A stretch of DNA of 64,000 nt. Source: an uncultured virus (IMG/VR IMGVR_UViG_3300047462_000385). Lineage: Duplodnaviria; Heunggongvirae; Uroviricota; Caudoviricetes. Where the stretch lies: IMG/VR virus record IMGVR_UViG_3300047462_000385, positions 1 to 64,000 of that record, one strand, 5' to 3'. The notes under the pieces were generated by a model, which had not been told where the DNA came from, ran no database searches, and saw only the letters and a program-made list of their open reading frames with translations. Shown piece by piece: positions 28,542 through 37,686 of this stretch (the first letter of the stretch is position 1; each line of letters opens with the position of its first letter). Made by a program: the position numbers and the translations under genes.

Positions 28542-28954
28542 ATGCTGGCTCACTACTAATTCTATTGGCGGTAATGTTTTGGGGCGTTAGCACCTTCATC
28601 CAAAGGATGTCAGCTGAGAAGTTATCTCCATTCCTAATGCAGATAGTGGCGGCAGTAGCTTACGTCTTCTTTATCCCCTTTGCTTATAAGTTGGCTGGAC
28701 CAAGCCCCAAATGGAACACCAATAGTATTATACTTACCTCTATTGCTACTCTCATCTCTATTGGTGGCAACGTACTGTTGTATAGTGGTTTGAAGGGAAA
28801 TCAAAACTCTGGTGCCTCCGCCATGTTGATTTCGTTGTATCCAGTCATCACAATGATGCTGTCTATGTTTATTTTGAATGAGCAAATGACCGTCACCAAA
28901 ATACTTGGTGTAGTGGCAATGATTGGTGGAGCTATCCTCCTGAGTCTAAAATAA
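28538..28954 (+). CDS. EamA/DMT-family transporter (single domain)
   Basis: Five hydrophobic segments, LYPVIT...LNE. Confidence 0.85.
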   Translation: MNAGSLLILLAVMFWGVSTFIQRMSAEKLSPFLMQIVAAVAYVFFIPFAYKLAGPSPKWNTNSIILTSIATLISIGGNVLLYSGLKGNQNSGASAMLISLYPVITMMLSMFILNEQMTVTKILGVVAMIGGAILLSLK

Positions 28955-29293
28955 TTACTTTTTCTTTTTCTTAGACTTCTTTTTCTTTAGCTTGCCGCCC
29001 ATTTTACGATATACGTCATAGACAACTGCCCAAGGCTCATCATACTTTTTCCAGTACTTCTTGACGGACTTCTTGGCTCTGTCCCAGGTTTTCTCGCTAG
29101 CAACAACGCCTGGAGGATTATGAGGCAAGTACTTATCATTAGTACCATTTTGTTTGATAAGCCAGCGCTCACCTGGGTCTAACCAAGTTAAATCTTCAGA
29201 CTTCACATCTAGAGGGGCATTGTCCTCATAATGACGTGCGGCAATTTTAGCTAGGTAATCATCTGCCAGATCGGCTACTTTATCAAAACTCAT
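28955..29293 (-). CDS. basic hypothetical protein
   Basis: 112-aa ORF with Lys-rich tail. Confidence 0.6.
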   Translation of the reverse strand: MSFDKVADLADDYLAKIAARHYEDNAPLDVKSEDLTWLDPGERWLIKQNGTNDKYLPHNPPGVVASEKTWDRAKKSVKKYWKKYDEPWAVVYDVYRKMGGKLKKKKSKKKKK

Positions 29294-29303
29294 ATCATTA
29301 TAC

Positions 29304-29627
29304 TTGGTTAGTAATATGTCCCTAGAATATCATTATAAGCCGGAAGATTTAACTTATAGAATTGAGTTTGTTACCAAAAAGAATAAAAACATTTCCAATA
29401 TCTTTATTGAGATATATGGCAAACCATTTAAAGAATTTTTATTAGACTTGACTGGTAATTATCATTTGCCCCTTCTTAGTAAACAAATCATTCAAAAAAA
29501 GATTATGTGGGGAGTTACAGATAATCAGTGGTTCCAGATGAAGTTCGTGATTATTGCGATAGAGTGGTTAAAAACATGGCATTCCTGTAGAGGTCAACAT
29601 GATACAATATACTATTGGGGCGGATGA
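29304..29627 (+). CDS. hypothetical protein
   Basis: 107-aa ORF. Confidence 0.45.
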   Translation: MVSNMSLEYHYKPEDLTYRIEFVTKKNKNISNIFIEIYGKPFKEFLLDLTGNYHLPLLSKQIIQKKIMWGVTDNQWFQMKFVIIAIEWLKTWHSCRGQHDTIYYWGG

Positions 29628-30201
29628 GGTAGGGTATGGTCCATTAGCTGGACCCGTGGTAGTTTGTGCAATTCGTGCTCCTGCCGATTGGAAAATCGAT
29701 GGACTCAATGATAGCAAGAAGTTGTCAGCTAAGAAAAGGGAATCCGTCTGTGACAAGCTGAACGATTTGATTGCCAATGCATCCATTAGGTTCGCTCTTG
29801 CTGAAAGAAGCAACGTTCAGATTGATAAGGTAGGAGTAGCTGTTGCCTTAAAGGATTGCTACGTAGAATGCTTCAAGCGGTTGTACGACGAAGAGTCAAC
29901 GATCATTGTGGATGGAATTTTAAAGTTTGACAACTTGGGCGTGGATGATTATCGTATCCAGAGCGTCATCAAGGCGGATAGCAAGTATCCAACGGTGATG
30001 GCTGCTAGCATTTTTGCCAAGGTGTATCGAGATAAGAAGATGCAATTATTGCATAAACAATATCCCGAATACGGTTGGGATTCAAATGCCGGTTATGGTT
30101 CAAAGGATCACTTGGCTGCCATTGAGAAGTTCGGACCTTCTCCTTTGCATCGCATGTCCTATGCTCCAATGAAGAATATGAAAATTGAAGATACCAGATA
30201 G
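29599..30201 (+). CDS. rnhB: ribonuclease HII (possible read-through to 30216)
   Basis: GADEVGYGPLAGP, DSKK, KAD, AASIFAKV, HRMSY. Confidence 0.95.
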   Translation: MIQYTIGADEVGYGPLAGPVVVCAIRAPADWKIDGLNDSKKLSAKKRESVCDKLNDLIANASIRFALAERSNVQIDKVGVAVALKDCYVECFKRLYDEESTIIVDGILKFDNLGVDDYRIQSVIKADSKYPTVMAASIFAKVYRDKKMQLLHKQYPEYGWDSNAGYGSKDHLAAIEKFGPSPLHRMSYAPMKNMKIEDTR

Positions 30202-30207
30202 TTAAAT

Positions 30208-30862
30208 CTATTCTAATTTTAGATCAATGATTTCACAAACAATGCGAAGATATTTTTCAGCATTTTGTTGTTTGAAATATTTGAGGGCAGAAACATCTAA
30301 TATCACTAATTCAATACCACGTTCCAAACAAGCTTGAAATTTTCTGTTATCATTATTTTGGATCGATGATAATTTTTTTGAACCAAAAATAGGTTCGTAG
30401 TGAAAAAATTCCATTTAGCTCAAAAGCAATCTTCAATGAAGGAATATAGATATCGAGTTCAGAATTTATGATTTCTTTATGATTGTAAAGTATGTTCAGT
30501 AGCGGATACTTATTAGTTAATTGTTTTTCAAGCCATGCTTCTAGTTTGGAACGCCTATTACCTTTTGTTTTATGTGTGTTATTATAGGTGCCAGCACAGC
30601 TCTTACTACAAAAATTATTTCCACTTTTTGATTGTTTTTTAGTGCTCAATCTAATGGCAAATGTTTTTTCGCAATTAGCACAGGTTGCCAGTATTCTTAC
30701 CTCTCTTGATGCATTAAAACATTTTGGGCTGCAGAAGCGACATTTATTTTTACCCAATTTTAGATCACTTCGAATTTGTTTGGTTTCTTTATAAAAAGAA
30801 TTTTGGCAAAATTCACATTCCAGTGGCAATGTCTTATCTTGGAATTCATTAATTTTGGACAC
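30208..30862 (-). pseudogene. Zn-ribbon plus PD-(D/E)xK endonuclease, frameshift near 30405
   Basis: SKLE..ELDIYIP..FELNGIF / HYEPIFG split at a T-run. Confidence 0.7.
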
Positions 30863-30959
30863 GTCAAATAGCGGTTTAATACAGATATATAATTGTATGC
30901 ATAGAATTTCAAATTTCGAAAATGCAATCTGCTACTCAAATAATAGTACATATGTTTAC

Positions 30960-31033
30960 GGTAGTTTAGTTCAATGGTAGAACGTCCGTTTCATACGCGG
31001 AATACAAGAGTTCGATTCTCTTAATTACCACCA
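30960..31033 (+). tRNA. tRNA-Met/Ile2(CAT)
   Basis: TCCGT-TTCATAC-GCGGA, ACCA. Confidence 0.9.
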
Positions 31034-31034
31034 C

Positions 31035-31457
31035 TTATTTCTGAGCTACTTGAGGTTCGTTTGGATAACTCAAGTGAACGGTGAAGTTACTGTAATCTAA
31101 TTCTTCACCATTTCTTTTGGTAGGATAGATTTCCCAATACTTTTCTAAGAAGGCTTTGATTTGAGTTGTTAATGGTTGATATTTTGGCAGCAGATTATTT
31201 TTCTCTGCTGGAGCAATGTTCAAATTGGAAACTGTAATGGTTCTATCATTGTTGGTAACATCAAATGATAGATTGATGCCATCAGTAGTAGCCATTTGTG
31301 GAAATGGGATGATGCCATATTGTCTTTGACCTGCAGCGTTTCTTAGGTTGGTCCAGATATCAGATTCAATCTCAGAACGGTAATCTTCGGCATTACGGTT
31401 GGCATACTTTTCGAATTTCTTAGCTAAAACAAGTAGATGGCGTTGAGATTTTTTCAT
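31035..31457 (-). CDS. hypothetical protein
   Basis: 140-aa ORF. Confidence 0.6.
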   Translation of the reverse strand: MKKSQRHLLVLAKKFEKYANRNAEDYRSEIESDIWTNLRNAAGQRQYGIIPFPQMATTDGINLSFDVTNNDRTITVSNLNIAPAEKNNLLPKYQPLTTQIKAFLEKYWEIYPTKRNGEELDYSNFTVHLSYPNEPQVAQK

Positions 31458-31495
31458 ACCTGATATATGATTTTAGCGGCATATAAAATACCAAT

Positions 31496-31570
31496 GCGCG
31501 ATTAACTCAGTGGTAGAGTGCTAGCTTTACAAGCTGGAAGTCGTAGGTTCGAGCCCTACATCGCGTACCA
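31496..31570 (+). tRNA. tRNA-Val(TAC)
   Basis: CTAGC-TTTACAA-GCTGG, ACCA. Confidence 0.92.
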
Positions 31571-31578
31571 GATACCAT

Positions 31579-31652
31579 GGGCGGTTAGTTAAATGGTATA
31601 ACACCTCGTTTACACCGAGGATTCAGGGGTTCGATTCCCTTACTGCCTACCA
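31579..31652 (+). tRNA. tRNA-Val(TAC)
   Basis: CCTCG-TTTACAC-CGAGG, ACCA. Confidence 0.92.
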
Positions 31653-31658
31653 AACTAT

Positions 31659-31729
31659 CTCTGGTTAGCTTGGTGGTAAAGCATCTGCTTGACTTGCAGA
31701 ATATGAAAGTTCGATTCTTTCACTGGAGA
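31659..31729 (+). tRNA. tRNA-Val(GAC), CCA not encoded
   Basis: TCTGC-TTGACTT-GCAGA; ends ACAA; overlaps the antisense HNH stop. Confidence 0.8.
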
Positions 31730-32202
31730 CAAGCGCGTCTGTGCTCTTTTGTATGACAGTTAGCGCAAAGTATTTCTAAATTCGTAAGCACATTATTCGA
31801 GTGATTCATGTCTTTGTGATGAATTTCTAATAGATCTACGTCATCAATTTTGCAGTTAGGATTTGCACAAATTAAAGGTCTACCACTTCTAAATACAATG
31901 AGTCGATGATCTTTCGTCACCACGTCATTGTATAATGGACCACCGAAAGATTGAGCTAATACTTTGTGTTCCATGCAACAAAAGAAAAGTTCTGTTTTTG
32001 AATTTTTAATAGCCGTTTTATTTCTATAAAGTGCCTTTTTACAAAAAGCACAAAAAGTATTAGGCTTGGGTTTATTTTTATTAGCAGTATGAAATCCAAC
32101 ACAAACTAGTGAGCAAAATTTGCCATTACCTCTTTTATGAGTATATGAGTCAACACTAAAATCTTTTTGGCACCATTCACATTTTTTAGTCACTTGTTCC
32201 AT
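31720..32202 (-). CDS. HNH endonuclease
   Basis: EIHHKDMNHSNNVLTNLEILCANCH. Confidence 0.87.
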   Translation of the reverse strand: MEQVTKKCEWCQKDFSVDSYTHKRGNGKFCSLVCVGFHTANKNKPKPNTFCAFCKKALYRNKTAIKNSKTELFFCCMEHKVLAQSFGGPLYNDVVTKDHRLIVFRSGRPLICANPNCKIDDVDLLEIHHKDMNHSNNVLTNLEILCANCHTKEHRRACLQ

Positions 32203-32263
32203 GGTAGGTTATATATCATTCATAAACTTAATCGCCTACTATTTAAAAATAAAGGAAAGTATT

Positions 32264-32464
32264 ATGAAGAAATTTATCTCAATTTTAGTTGTTGGTATGA
32301 TTTTAGTTGGTGTGTTGGCTCCTTCTCAACCAGCTGAAGCTCAGGTTTTATTGAGTCGTAAGTGTTGTGATGCTGGCGGAAATGTCCGTTGTGTTCTAGA
32401 GAACTGGACACCAGTTGGCAATACATGTTTTTGCTATGGTCAAGGTTGGGGCGTTACCTGCTAA
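32264..32464 (+). CDS. secreted Cys-rich small protein
   Basis: Signal peptide ending AEA; mature 40 aa with 6 Cys. Confidence 0.65.
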   Translation: MKKFISILVVGMILVGVLAPSQPAEAQVLLSRKCCDAGGNVRCVLENWTPVGNTCFCYGQGWGVTC

Positions 32465-32473
32465 GGTAATCCC

Positions 32474-32749
32474 ATGTTTGGTCAAATGAGAAAGCGCTCA
32501 CGACCAGGACCGCCTTGTCCGTGCGGAGGTAAATGTGACTGTCATCGACCAACGGATGATCGCTGGTTAGTTCCACTTATCCTTTTAGGATTAGCAGCAC
32601 TGGTACTTGTAATTGTAGTTTGTGGTCAAGCTAAAGCGCCTGTCCGCCATATCATGGTGGACGGCAAACAATGCACAGTACATTGGGTAACTGATCACTG
32701 CACATCTACTGGTGCCTGTAGTGGGCACGATGAGGCTATTTGTCCATGA
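32474..32749 (+). CDS. small membrane protein, Cys-rich
   Basis: Single TM segment, Cys clusters. Confidence 0.55.
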   Translation: MFGQMRKRSRPGPPCPCGGKCDCHRPTDDRWLVPLILLGLAALVLVIVVCGQAKAPVRHIMVDGKQCTVHWVTDHCTSTGACSGHDEAICP

Positions 32750-33048
32750 TTAACAAGAAAGAAATATTCAAATTTCTACTCTCTTCATTTGAGGAAGAGA
32801 CTAAGTTTCTTTCCTTCACTGAAACAAAACACCCATATTATCAAGCAATGTTACATTGGGGGGAAAGCAGAGCCTGATGTAATTGTAGGCTTTTTGTTAG
32901 AGGCAGATAAGATTGATCCTAGTTGGACTATTCATCATCTCTTGTTTGATTTAGTTCCCACAAAAGAACATCCCCACGTTCCAGAGGAATCGCGGGGAGT
33001 TCACGAAGACATTGCAAACATTTGGCTTGCCTGGGGCAAGCTCAAAGG

Positions 33049-33999
33049 TTATAGTTGAGACCAGGTAGTTCCAGACCAAGCCCAGGTTTGAGATGTAACT
33101 GCGCCAGTAGAAATTGAACTGTCACCTGAGTTAAAGCCACCAAACATCATAACTCTGTTTGTATGACCGTCCCAGCACATTTGACCCCAAGTAACTCCAG
33201 CTGGGGAGTTTTGAGGACCACATAGTGTCCAGTTGGTTCCGTCAAAGATCCAGGTTTCTGCCAAACGACCTGCGGTGTTTTGTCCGCCGAACATAACCCA
33301 TACGTTACGAGTTTGGTCATAACACATTTGAGCGCCAGTTCTTACAGAAGGAACTGTTGCTGGGTTTAGTTGGGTCCAGTTGGTACCATCATATTTCCAG
33401 GTATCGTTTAGAAGAGAGTTGGTTCCTTGACCACCAAACATAATGGTGTAAGAAGGTCCACCGTCCATACAGTGTCCGATTCTAGCAGGAGGAGATGCAG
33501 CTGTGGTTATTTGGGACCATTGCTTAGATGCACCGTTCCAAGACCATGTTTCATTTAGGAACGTACCACCGCCACCACCACCGAATCCGCCGAACATAAT
33601 AGCAGAAGTAGCACCAGTATTAAACTGACAAGCTTCAGCATAAGTACGTGCGAATGGTGCGGTACCTGTTGCCTTAGCCCAAACGGTTCCGTTCCAAGTC
33701 CAAGTATCATTTAAGGAACCGCCAGTTTCAGAACCTGCCTGACCACCATACATCATGATGTTAGTTCCATCATAAGTCATCGCAAAATTTTGGCGGCTAG
33801 GTAATGGACCAGCAGAGTCAATACCGTTAGCAGCAGTAGTAACGGCAGTCCAGTCGGTACCGTTCCAGGTCCAAGTTGCATTTACATAGTTAGAAAATGC
33901 TGGGTACGATCCTGAATCAAGAAGCACAACCTTATTGGTTGCTCCTGGCAAACGTGCCATACCAGCGAAAGCACAAGCAAATGGTGAGTGAGCAGTCAT
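33049..33999 (-). CDS. Kelch-like beta-propeller protein
   Basis: Repeated MFGG...LNDTWTWNG units. Confidence 0.88.
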   Translation of the reverse strand: MTAHSPFACAFAGMARLPGATNKVVLLDSGSYPAFSNYVNATWTWNGTDWTAVTTAANGIDSAGPLPSRQNFAMTYDGTNIMMYGGQAGSETGGSLNDTWTWNGTVWAKATGTAPFARTYAEACQFNTGATSAIMFGGFGGGGGGTFLNETWSWNGASKQWSQITTAASPPARIGHCMDGGPSYTIMFGGQGTNSLLNDTWKYDGTNWTQLNPATVPSVRTGAQMCYDQTRNVWVMFGGQNTAGRLAETWIFDGTNWTLCGPQNSPAGVTWGQMCWDGHTNRVMMFGGFNSGDSSISTGAVTSQTWAWSGTTWSQL

Positions 34000-34085
34000 A
34001 TTATCCTCTTTTTAAGTAGAGCCAAAACTTAATTTAACTTAATTCTATGACAGATAAGTGATAGAATTTTTAACAATAGTCGGGA

Positions 34086-34113
34086 TTGACAATAGGGCAT
34101 AACGTGATATAAT
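34086..34113 (+). promoter_or_regulatory. consensus sigma70 promoter of Gly tRNA cluster
   Basis: TTGACA-N16-TATAAT with TG extended -10. Confidence 0.7.
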
Positions 34114-34122
34114 AATGAATAC

Positions 34123-34196
34123 GCGGGCATGGCATAATGGTTGTGCTCTAGCCTTCCAAGCTAGCTATACCGGTTCGATTCCGGTTGCCCGCTCCA
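34123..34196 (+). tRNA. tRNA-Gly(TCC)
   Basis: CTAGC-CTTCCAA-GCTAG, TCCA. Confidence 0.93.
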
Positions 34197-34202
34197 TACC
34201 AT

Positions 34203-34277
34203 GCGGATGTAATTCAGTGGTAGAATGTCTGCTTGCCAAGCAGAATGTCACGGGTTCGAGCCCCGTCATCCGCTCCA
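34203..34277 (+). tRNA. tRNA-Gly(GCC)
   Basis: TCTGC-TTGCCAA-GCAGA, TCCA. Confidence 0.93.
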
Positions 34278-34278
34278 C

Positions 34279-34398
34279 AGACGAATGCTGATGTGATTAC
34301 ATGGTAAATTTCTAAGGGAAACTTTAGAATAGATGGTTCAAACCCATCAACCTTTCTCGTAAGAGATTGGAAAAAGATCTCATCAATTTTAGTCGTCT
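34279..34398 (+). ncRNA. Y-RNA-like ncRNA 3
   Basis: AGACGA/TCGTCT stem, GACGAATG motif, TGATGTGAT/ATCTCATCA, TACAT; inner T-arm GATGG-TTCAAAC-CCATC. Confidence 0.7.
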
Positions 34399-34403
34399 AT
34401 TAA

Positions 34404-34477
34404 GCGGTTATGGTCCAATGGTAGAATCCTAGATTGCCATTCTAGGGACACGAGTTCGATTCTCGTTAACCGCTCCA
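34404..34477 (+). tRNA. tRNA-Gly(GCC)
   Basis: CTAGA-TTGCCAT-TCTAG, TCCA. Confidence 0.88.
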
Positions 34478-34500
34478 AGTAAGTGCAAAGCTGTTAAAAT

Positions 34501-34578
34501 GCGGGTGTGGCTCAGTGGCGACGGCATCTGCCTTCCAAGCAGACATCATCATGGGTTCGAGTCCCATCACCCGCTCCA
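34501..34578 (+). tRNA. tRNA-Gly(TCC)
   Basis: TCTGC-CTTCCAA-GCAGA, TCCA. Confidence 0.92.
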
Positions 34579-34582
34579 TTAT

Positions 34583-35323
34583 TTAGAATATTCCTAGAAA
34601 CTTTTTTCTAGTCTTAGAAGGACGCTTAGCTGCTTTGGCACGCTTAACTTCTCTCTTCCATTCTGGCATCTCTTCACCAAATACTTGAGAGACCGTACCA
34701 GACTGACGAACGATCATGTAGCCGCCAGGAGTCATGGTAAATGGTGCTTTGAGTTTTCCTAGATAATCAAATGGCAAGTTAACTGTCGTTGCTTCTGGAT
34801 TGAACCAAGAAGGAAAGATGAAGTTAGATACTGAAACCTTTGCACCATTAACAGTAATGGCATAAGAATCGCCTTCTACTGGATCGCATAATTCTTGAGC
34901 ATATTCGCTACCTTGAGCGATGGCTGGACCATCGACCCATGCATTGGCAAAGCGATCACCAACCATTTCACAAATTTCATGACTCAATACAGAAGCAACG
35001 CTGACATTTTGTGGATTGTTTGTATCATACAATACCACCCCAGCATTACTTAAAACTGGTTGAGCAAAGATGTATCCATCAACCTTATCATTGTCTTCGG
35101 AGTGATAACCAAGAGCGCCAGCTTGTGTAGAGTTATCAAGCACGCTAATTACCCAAGCATAGCCTGGGACTTTAGTTTTATCGGCATAGAAAGTAACAGT
35201 AGCTGCCTTCATATTATAAGCAGGTAGTACATGCAGACTAAGCTGAATTTGAATGGCTTGGCACATGGTATTTACATCAATATTATTTACCATTGTAGAT
35301 TGATTAATAACAGCAATAAGCAT
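34583..35323 (-). CDS. zincin-like hypothetical protein
   Basis: GALGYH, SHEICEM, ELCDPVE. Confidence 0.65.
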   Translation of the reverse strand: MLIAVINQSTMVNNIDVNTMCQAIQIQLSLHVLPAYNMKAATVTFYADKTKVPGYAWVISVLDNSTQAGALGYHSEDNDKVDGYIFAQPVLSNAGVVLYDTNNPQNVSVASVLSHEICEMVGDRFANAWVDGPAIAQGSEYAQELCDPVEGDSYAITVNGAKVSVSNFIFPSWFNPEATTVNLPFDYLGKLKAPFTMTPGGYMIVRQSGTVSQVFGEEMPEWKREVKRAKAAKRPSKTRKKFLGIF

Positions 35324-35500
35324 ATTGTTCCTCTCTAATTCTATTATCAGTATGATCTATTATTCACATTAAGTTTATAAATTAAAAAGAGGCAGGAATC
35401 GTTATATGAGTCGAGGCGGCTCAAGATATTTGGATTATATTAAAAATTTGCCGCCCTTGACTTACAATTTTTAAGATTTACTTTGCGCAAAGGTATTACT

Positions 35501-36358
35501 ATGAACAACACTGATCTGATCAAAGAGTTACGAGCACTTACTCAAGCTGGCATGAAGGACTGCAAAGATGCCCTCGAAGAAGCCGCATGGGACTTGCAAA
35601 AGGCAGTGGATATCGTAAAGATCAAAGGTCTTAATGTAGTCTCCCGCACCAGCAATAATGTTGCTACGGAAGGTATTGTTCGCATTGGTCATGTTGGAGA
35701 TAATCGAACCAAGAGTATGGTCGAGGTCAATTGCCAGACTGATTTTGTTGCTAATAGTCCTGACTTTAATAAGTTTGTGGATCTAGTATCTTTCCAACTT
35801 GGATCCGATGTAGCTCAGTCTAATCCATTCTATCATGATTGCGACGTCTTGGAAAATGCACGAAAGGACTTAATCTCTAAAACTAAAGAGAACATTGTCA
35901 TTCGTCGTTGGTGGGTTGAGCAAGTGATGCCAGAGGCTGGCAGAGTGTGTCACTACATACACTCCAATAATAAGATTGGTGTCTTGCTTTCCATGGTAGC
36001 TCCCTCGGTAGAGGCGGCTAATACTGAAGATTTCAAAACTCTTGGAGAGGAATTAGCAATGCAAGTGGCAGCCATGAGTTCAGTTGCAGTTTCTGTTGAC
36101 TCTTTACCAGCCGAGGTAGTTGAAAGACAAAGGGGAATCTTTGAAGCGCAACTGAAGGAAATGAACAAACCTCAGGCTGCTTGGGCAAAGATTTTAGAAG
36201 GAAAGTTCAAGAAGTGGCATACTGAAGTCTGTTTGTTAGAGCAGGAGTCAGTGGTTCAGCCTAAGACTTCAGTTCAACAGGTCGTGAAAAATATGAGCGC
36301 CAAACTGGGCGGAGACATTCAAGTAGTTGGATTTATCCGTTGCCAAGTTGGTGCATAA
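35501..36358 (+). CDS. tsf: translation elongation factor Ts
   Basis: IKELRALTQAGMKDCKDAL, EVNCQTDFVA, AMQVAA, LLEQ. Confidence 0.95.
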   Translation: MNNTDLIKELRALTQAGMKDCKDALEEAAWDLQKAVDIVKIKGLNVVSRTSNNVATEGIVRIGHVGDNRTKSMVEVNCQTDFVANSPDFNKFVDLVSFQLGSDVAQSNPFYHDCDVLENARKDLISKTKENIVIRRWWVEQVMPEAGRVCHYIHSNNKIGVLLSMVAPSVEAANTEDFKTLGEELAMQVAAMSSVAVSVDSLPAEVVERQRGIFEAQLKEMNKPQAAWAKILEGKFKKWHTEVCLLEQESVVQPKTSVQQVVKNMSAKLGGDIQVVGFIRCQVGA

Positions 36359-36373
36359 CAATAAAGGTATACT

Positions 36374-36673
36374 ATGAAGAAGAATATGAATGTTACAACC
36401 GATCAATTGATGGACAAACTAACTAAGGCGGTTAGCTTTAGGTTTCGCGACGACAAGACGTCTCCAGGAGTTACAGTCTCTGCTCTCAAGAAGGGCTATT
36501 ATTGCTCTGTGGTTCGTTATACTGGTGCATTCGCCAAGGATAAGTTGGTAGTTTGCAAGGCTCAGGGAAGCGATCTTCCTTCGGCATTAAAGGAACTTGC
36601 TAACAAGTTTGTTGCCATGACCGTGCAACCAAAAGATCCAGTTCAAGAGTTAGGCGACTTGGTTAGCCAATGA
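36374..36673 (+). CDS. hypothetical protein
   Basis: 99-aa ORF. Confidence 0.6.
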   Translation: MKKNMNVTTDQLMDKLTKAVSFRFRDDKTSPGVTVSALKKGYYCSVVRYTGAFAKDKLVVCKAQGSDLPSALKELANKFVAMTVQPKDPVQELGDLVSQ

Positions 36674-37026
36674 ATTCAAAAAATGCTGAAGTCCCCACCA
36701 CTTTTGAAGAGGCGATGGTGGCTCTAACCAAGATATTATCTCCTGAGGAACAAATTGAGTTGACCAAGGGTACTAGAGAAGATCTGTATAGATATCATCA
36801 TGGTTTGGGTAGGTGGATGCGTAACAACTGGGGACTTTGGAGTGGTGGACCCTTAGCCGCCCAAATGACTTCCTTAGGGTTTACTCATGCAGATGATATG
36901 TCTGGTTCACTCATTAAAGAGTTTTGGTTGCGCATGAATAATCTGCCTTCCGAATTAGAGCGGGATATCAAGGAATACAAAGAATTTTGGGAAAAATCAA
37001 AACGAGAGCGAGAAAGCATAACATGA
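36670..37026 (+). CDS. hypothetical protein (DUF6794-like)
   Basis: HHGLGRWMRNNWGLW...HADDMS. Confidence 0.6.
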   Translation: MNSKNAEVPTTFEEAMVALTKILSPEEQIELTKGTREDLYRYHHGLGRWMRNNWGLWSGGPLAAQMTSLGFTHADDMSGSLIKEFWLRMNNLPSELERDIKEYKEFWEKSKRERESIT

Positions 37027-37388
37027 AACGTGAAGATGTATTAAAAGATATGAAGCACATGATTGGAAATAAAGATCCGATTGAGTTCTTTGCAAAGATG
37101 GTTGATGCATTTGATTTGTTATTTGATCGTCTTGATGAAGTAGAGATAGAGCTTCGTAAGGTTAAAACCAACACAGCTCTCGCTATTAATTGGGAGCCGC
37201 GTGTTGCATCTGATATGCTTGCAAAGCAAGTGGACGTTTTAAGGCAAGATAAGGATACTTATTTTGATGAGCTTACCAAACTAAAGAAAGCTTTCGCTGA
37301 AGACGTAGTTACTCAGGATTACCATACGTTCTGCAATTTTTGGTTGGATACACTTGGGTGGCATCCCTTCTTGGATTATGCTGAATGA
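37023..37388 (+). CDS. hypothetical protein
   Basis: Coupled ORF starting MKREDVL. Confidence 0.6.
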   Translation: MKREDVLKDMKHMIGNKDPIEFFAKMVDAFDLLFDRLDEVEIELRKVKTNTALAINWEPRVASDMLAKQVDVLRQDKDTYFDELTKLKKAFAEDVVTQDYHTFCNFWLDTLGWHPFLDYAE

Positions 37389-37612
37389 AAGCTGTCGATG
37401 TTTTTCTCAAGCTAGTTGACGCCTCTTATTGGTGGCTCAGCAGACAAATGCCAAGTAAAGTTCGTGATGGAACAGTGGAAACTAAGCCGGGAGACATGAT
37501 TAAAAAATTGTCTCCAGAAGAAGAGTTTTTGGAAAATTGCAAGCGTTACTGCTCTTCTAGACAACCGGTTGTATTAAAGAAGTGACTGGTAATAAGTTTA
37601 CATTATGTTGAT

Positions 37613-37686
37613 TGGGATATCGTCTAACGGCAGGACAAAGGTCTCTGAATCCTTTTATCTAGGTTCGAATCCTAGTATCCCAGCCA
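37613..37686 (+). tRNA. tRNA-Gln(CTG)
   Basis: AAGGT-CTCTGAA-TCCTT, U1-A72, G73, CCA. Confidence 0.88.
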
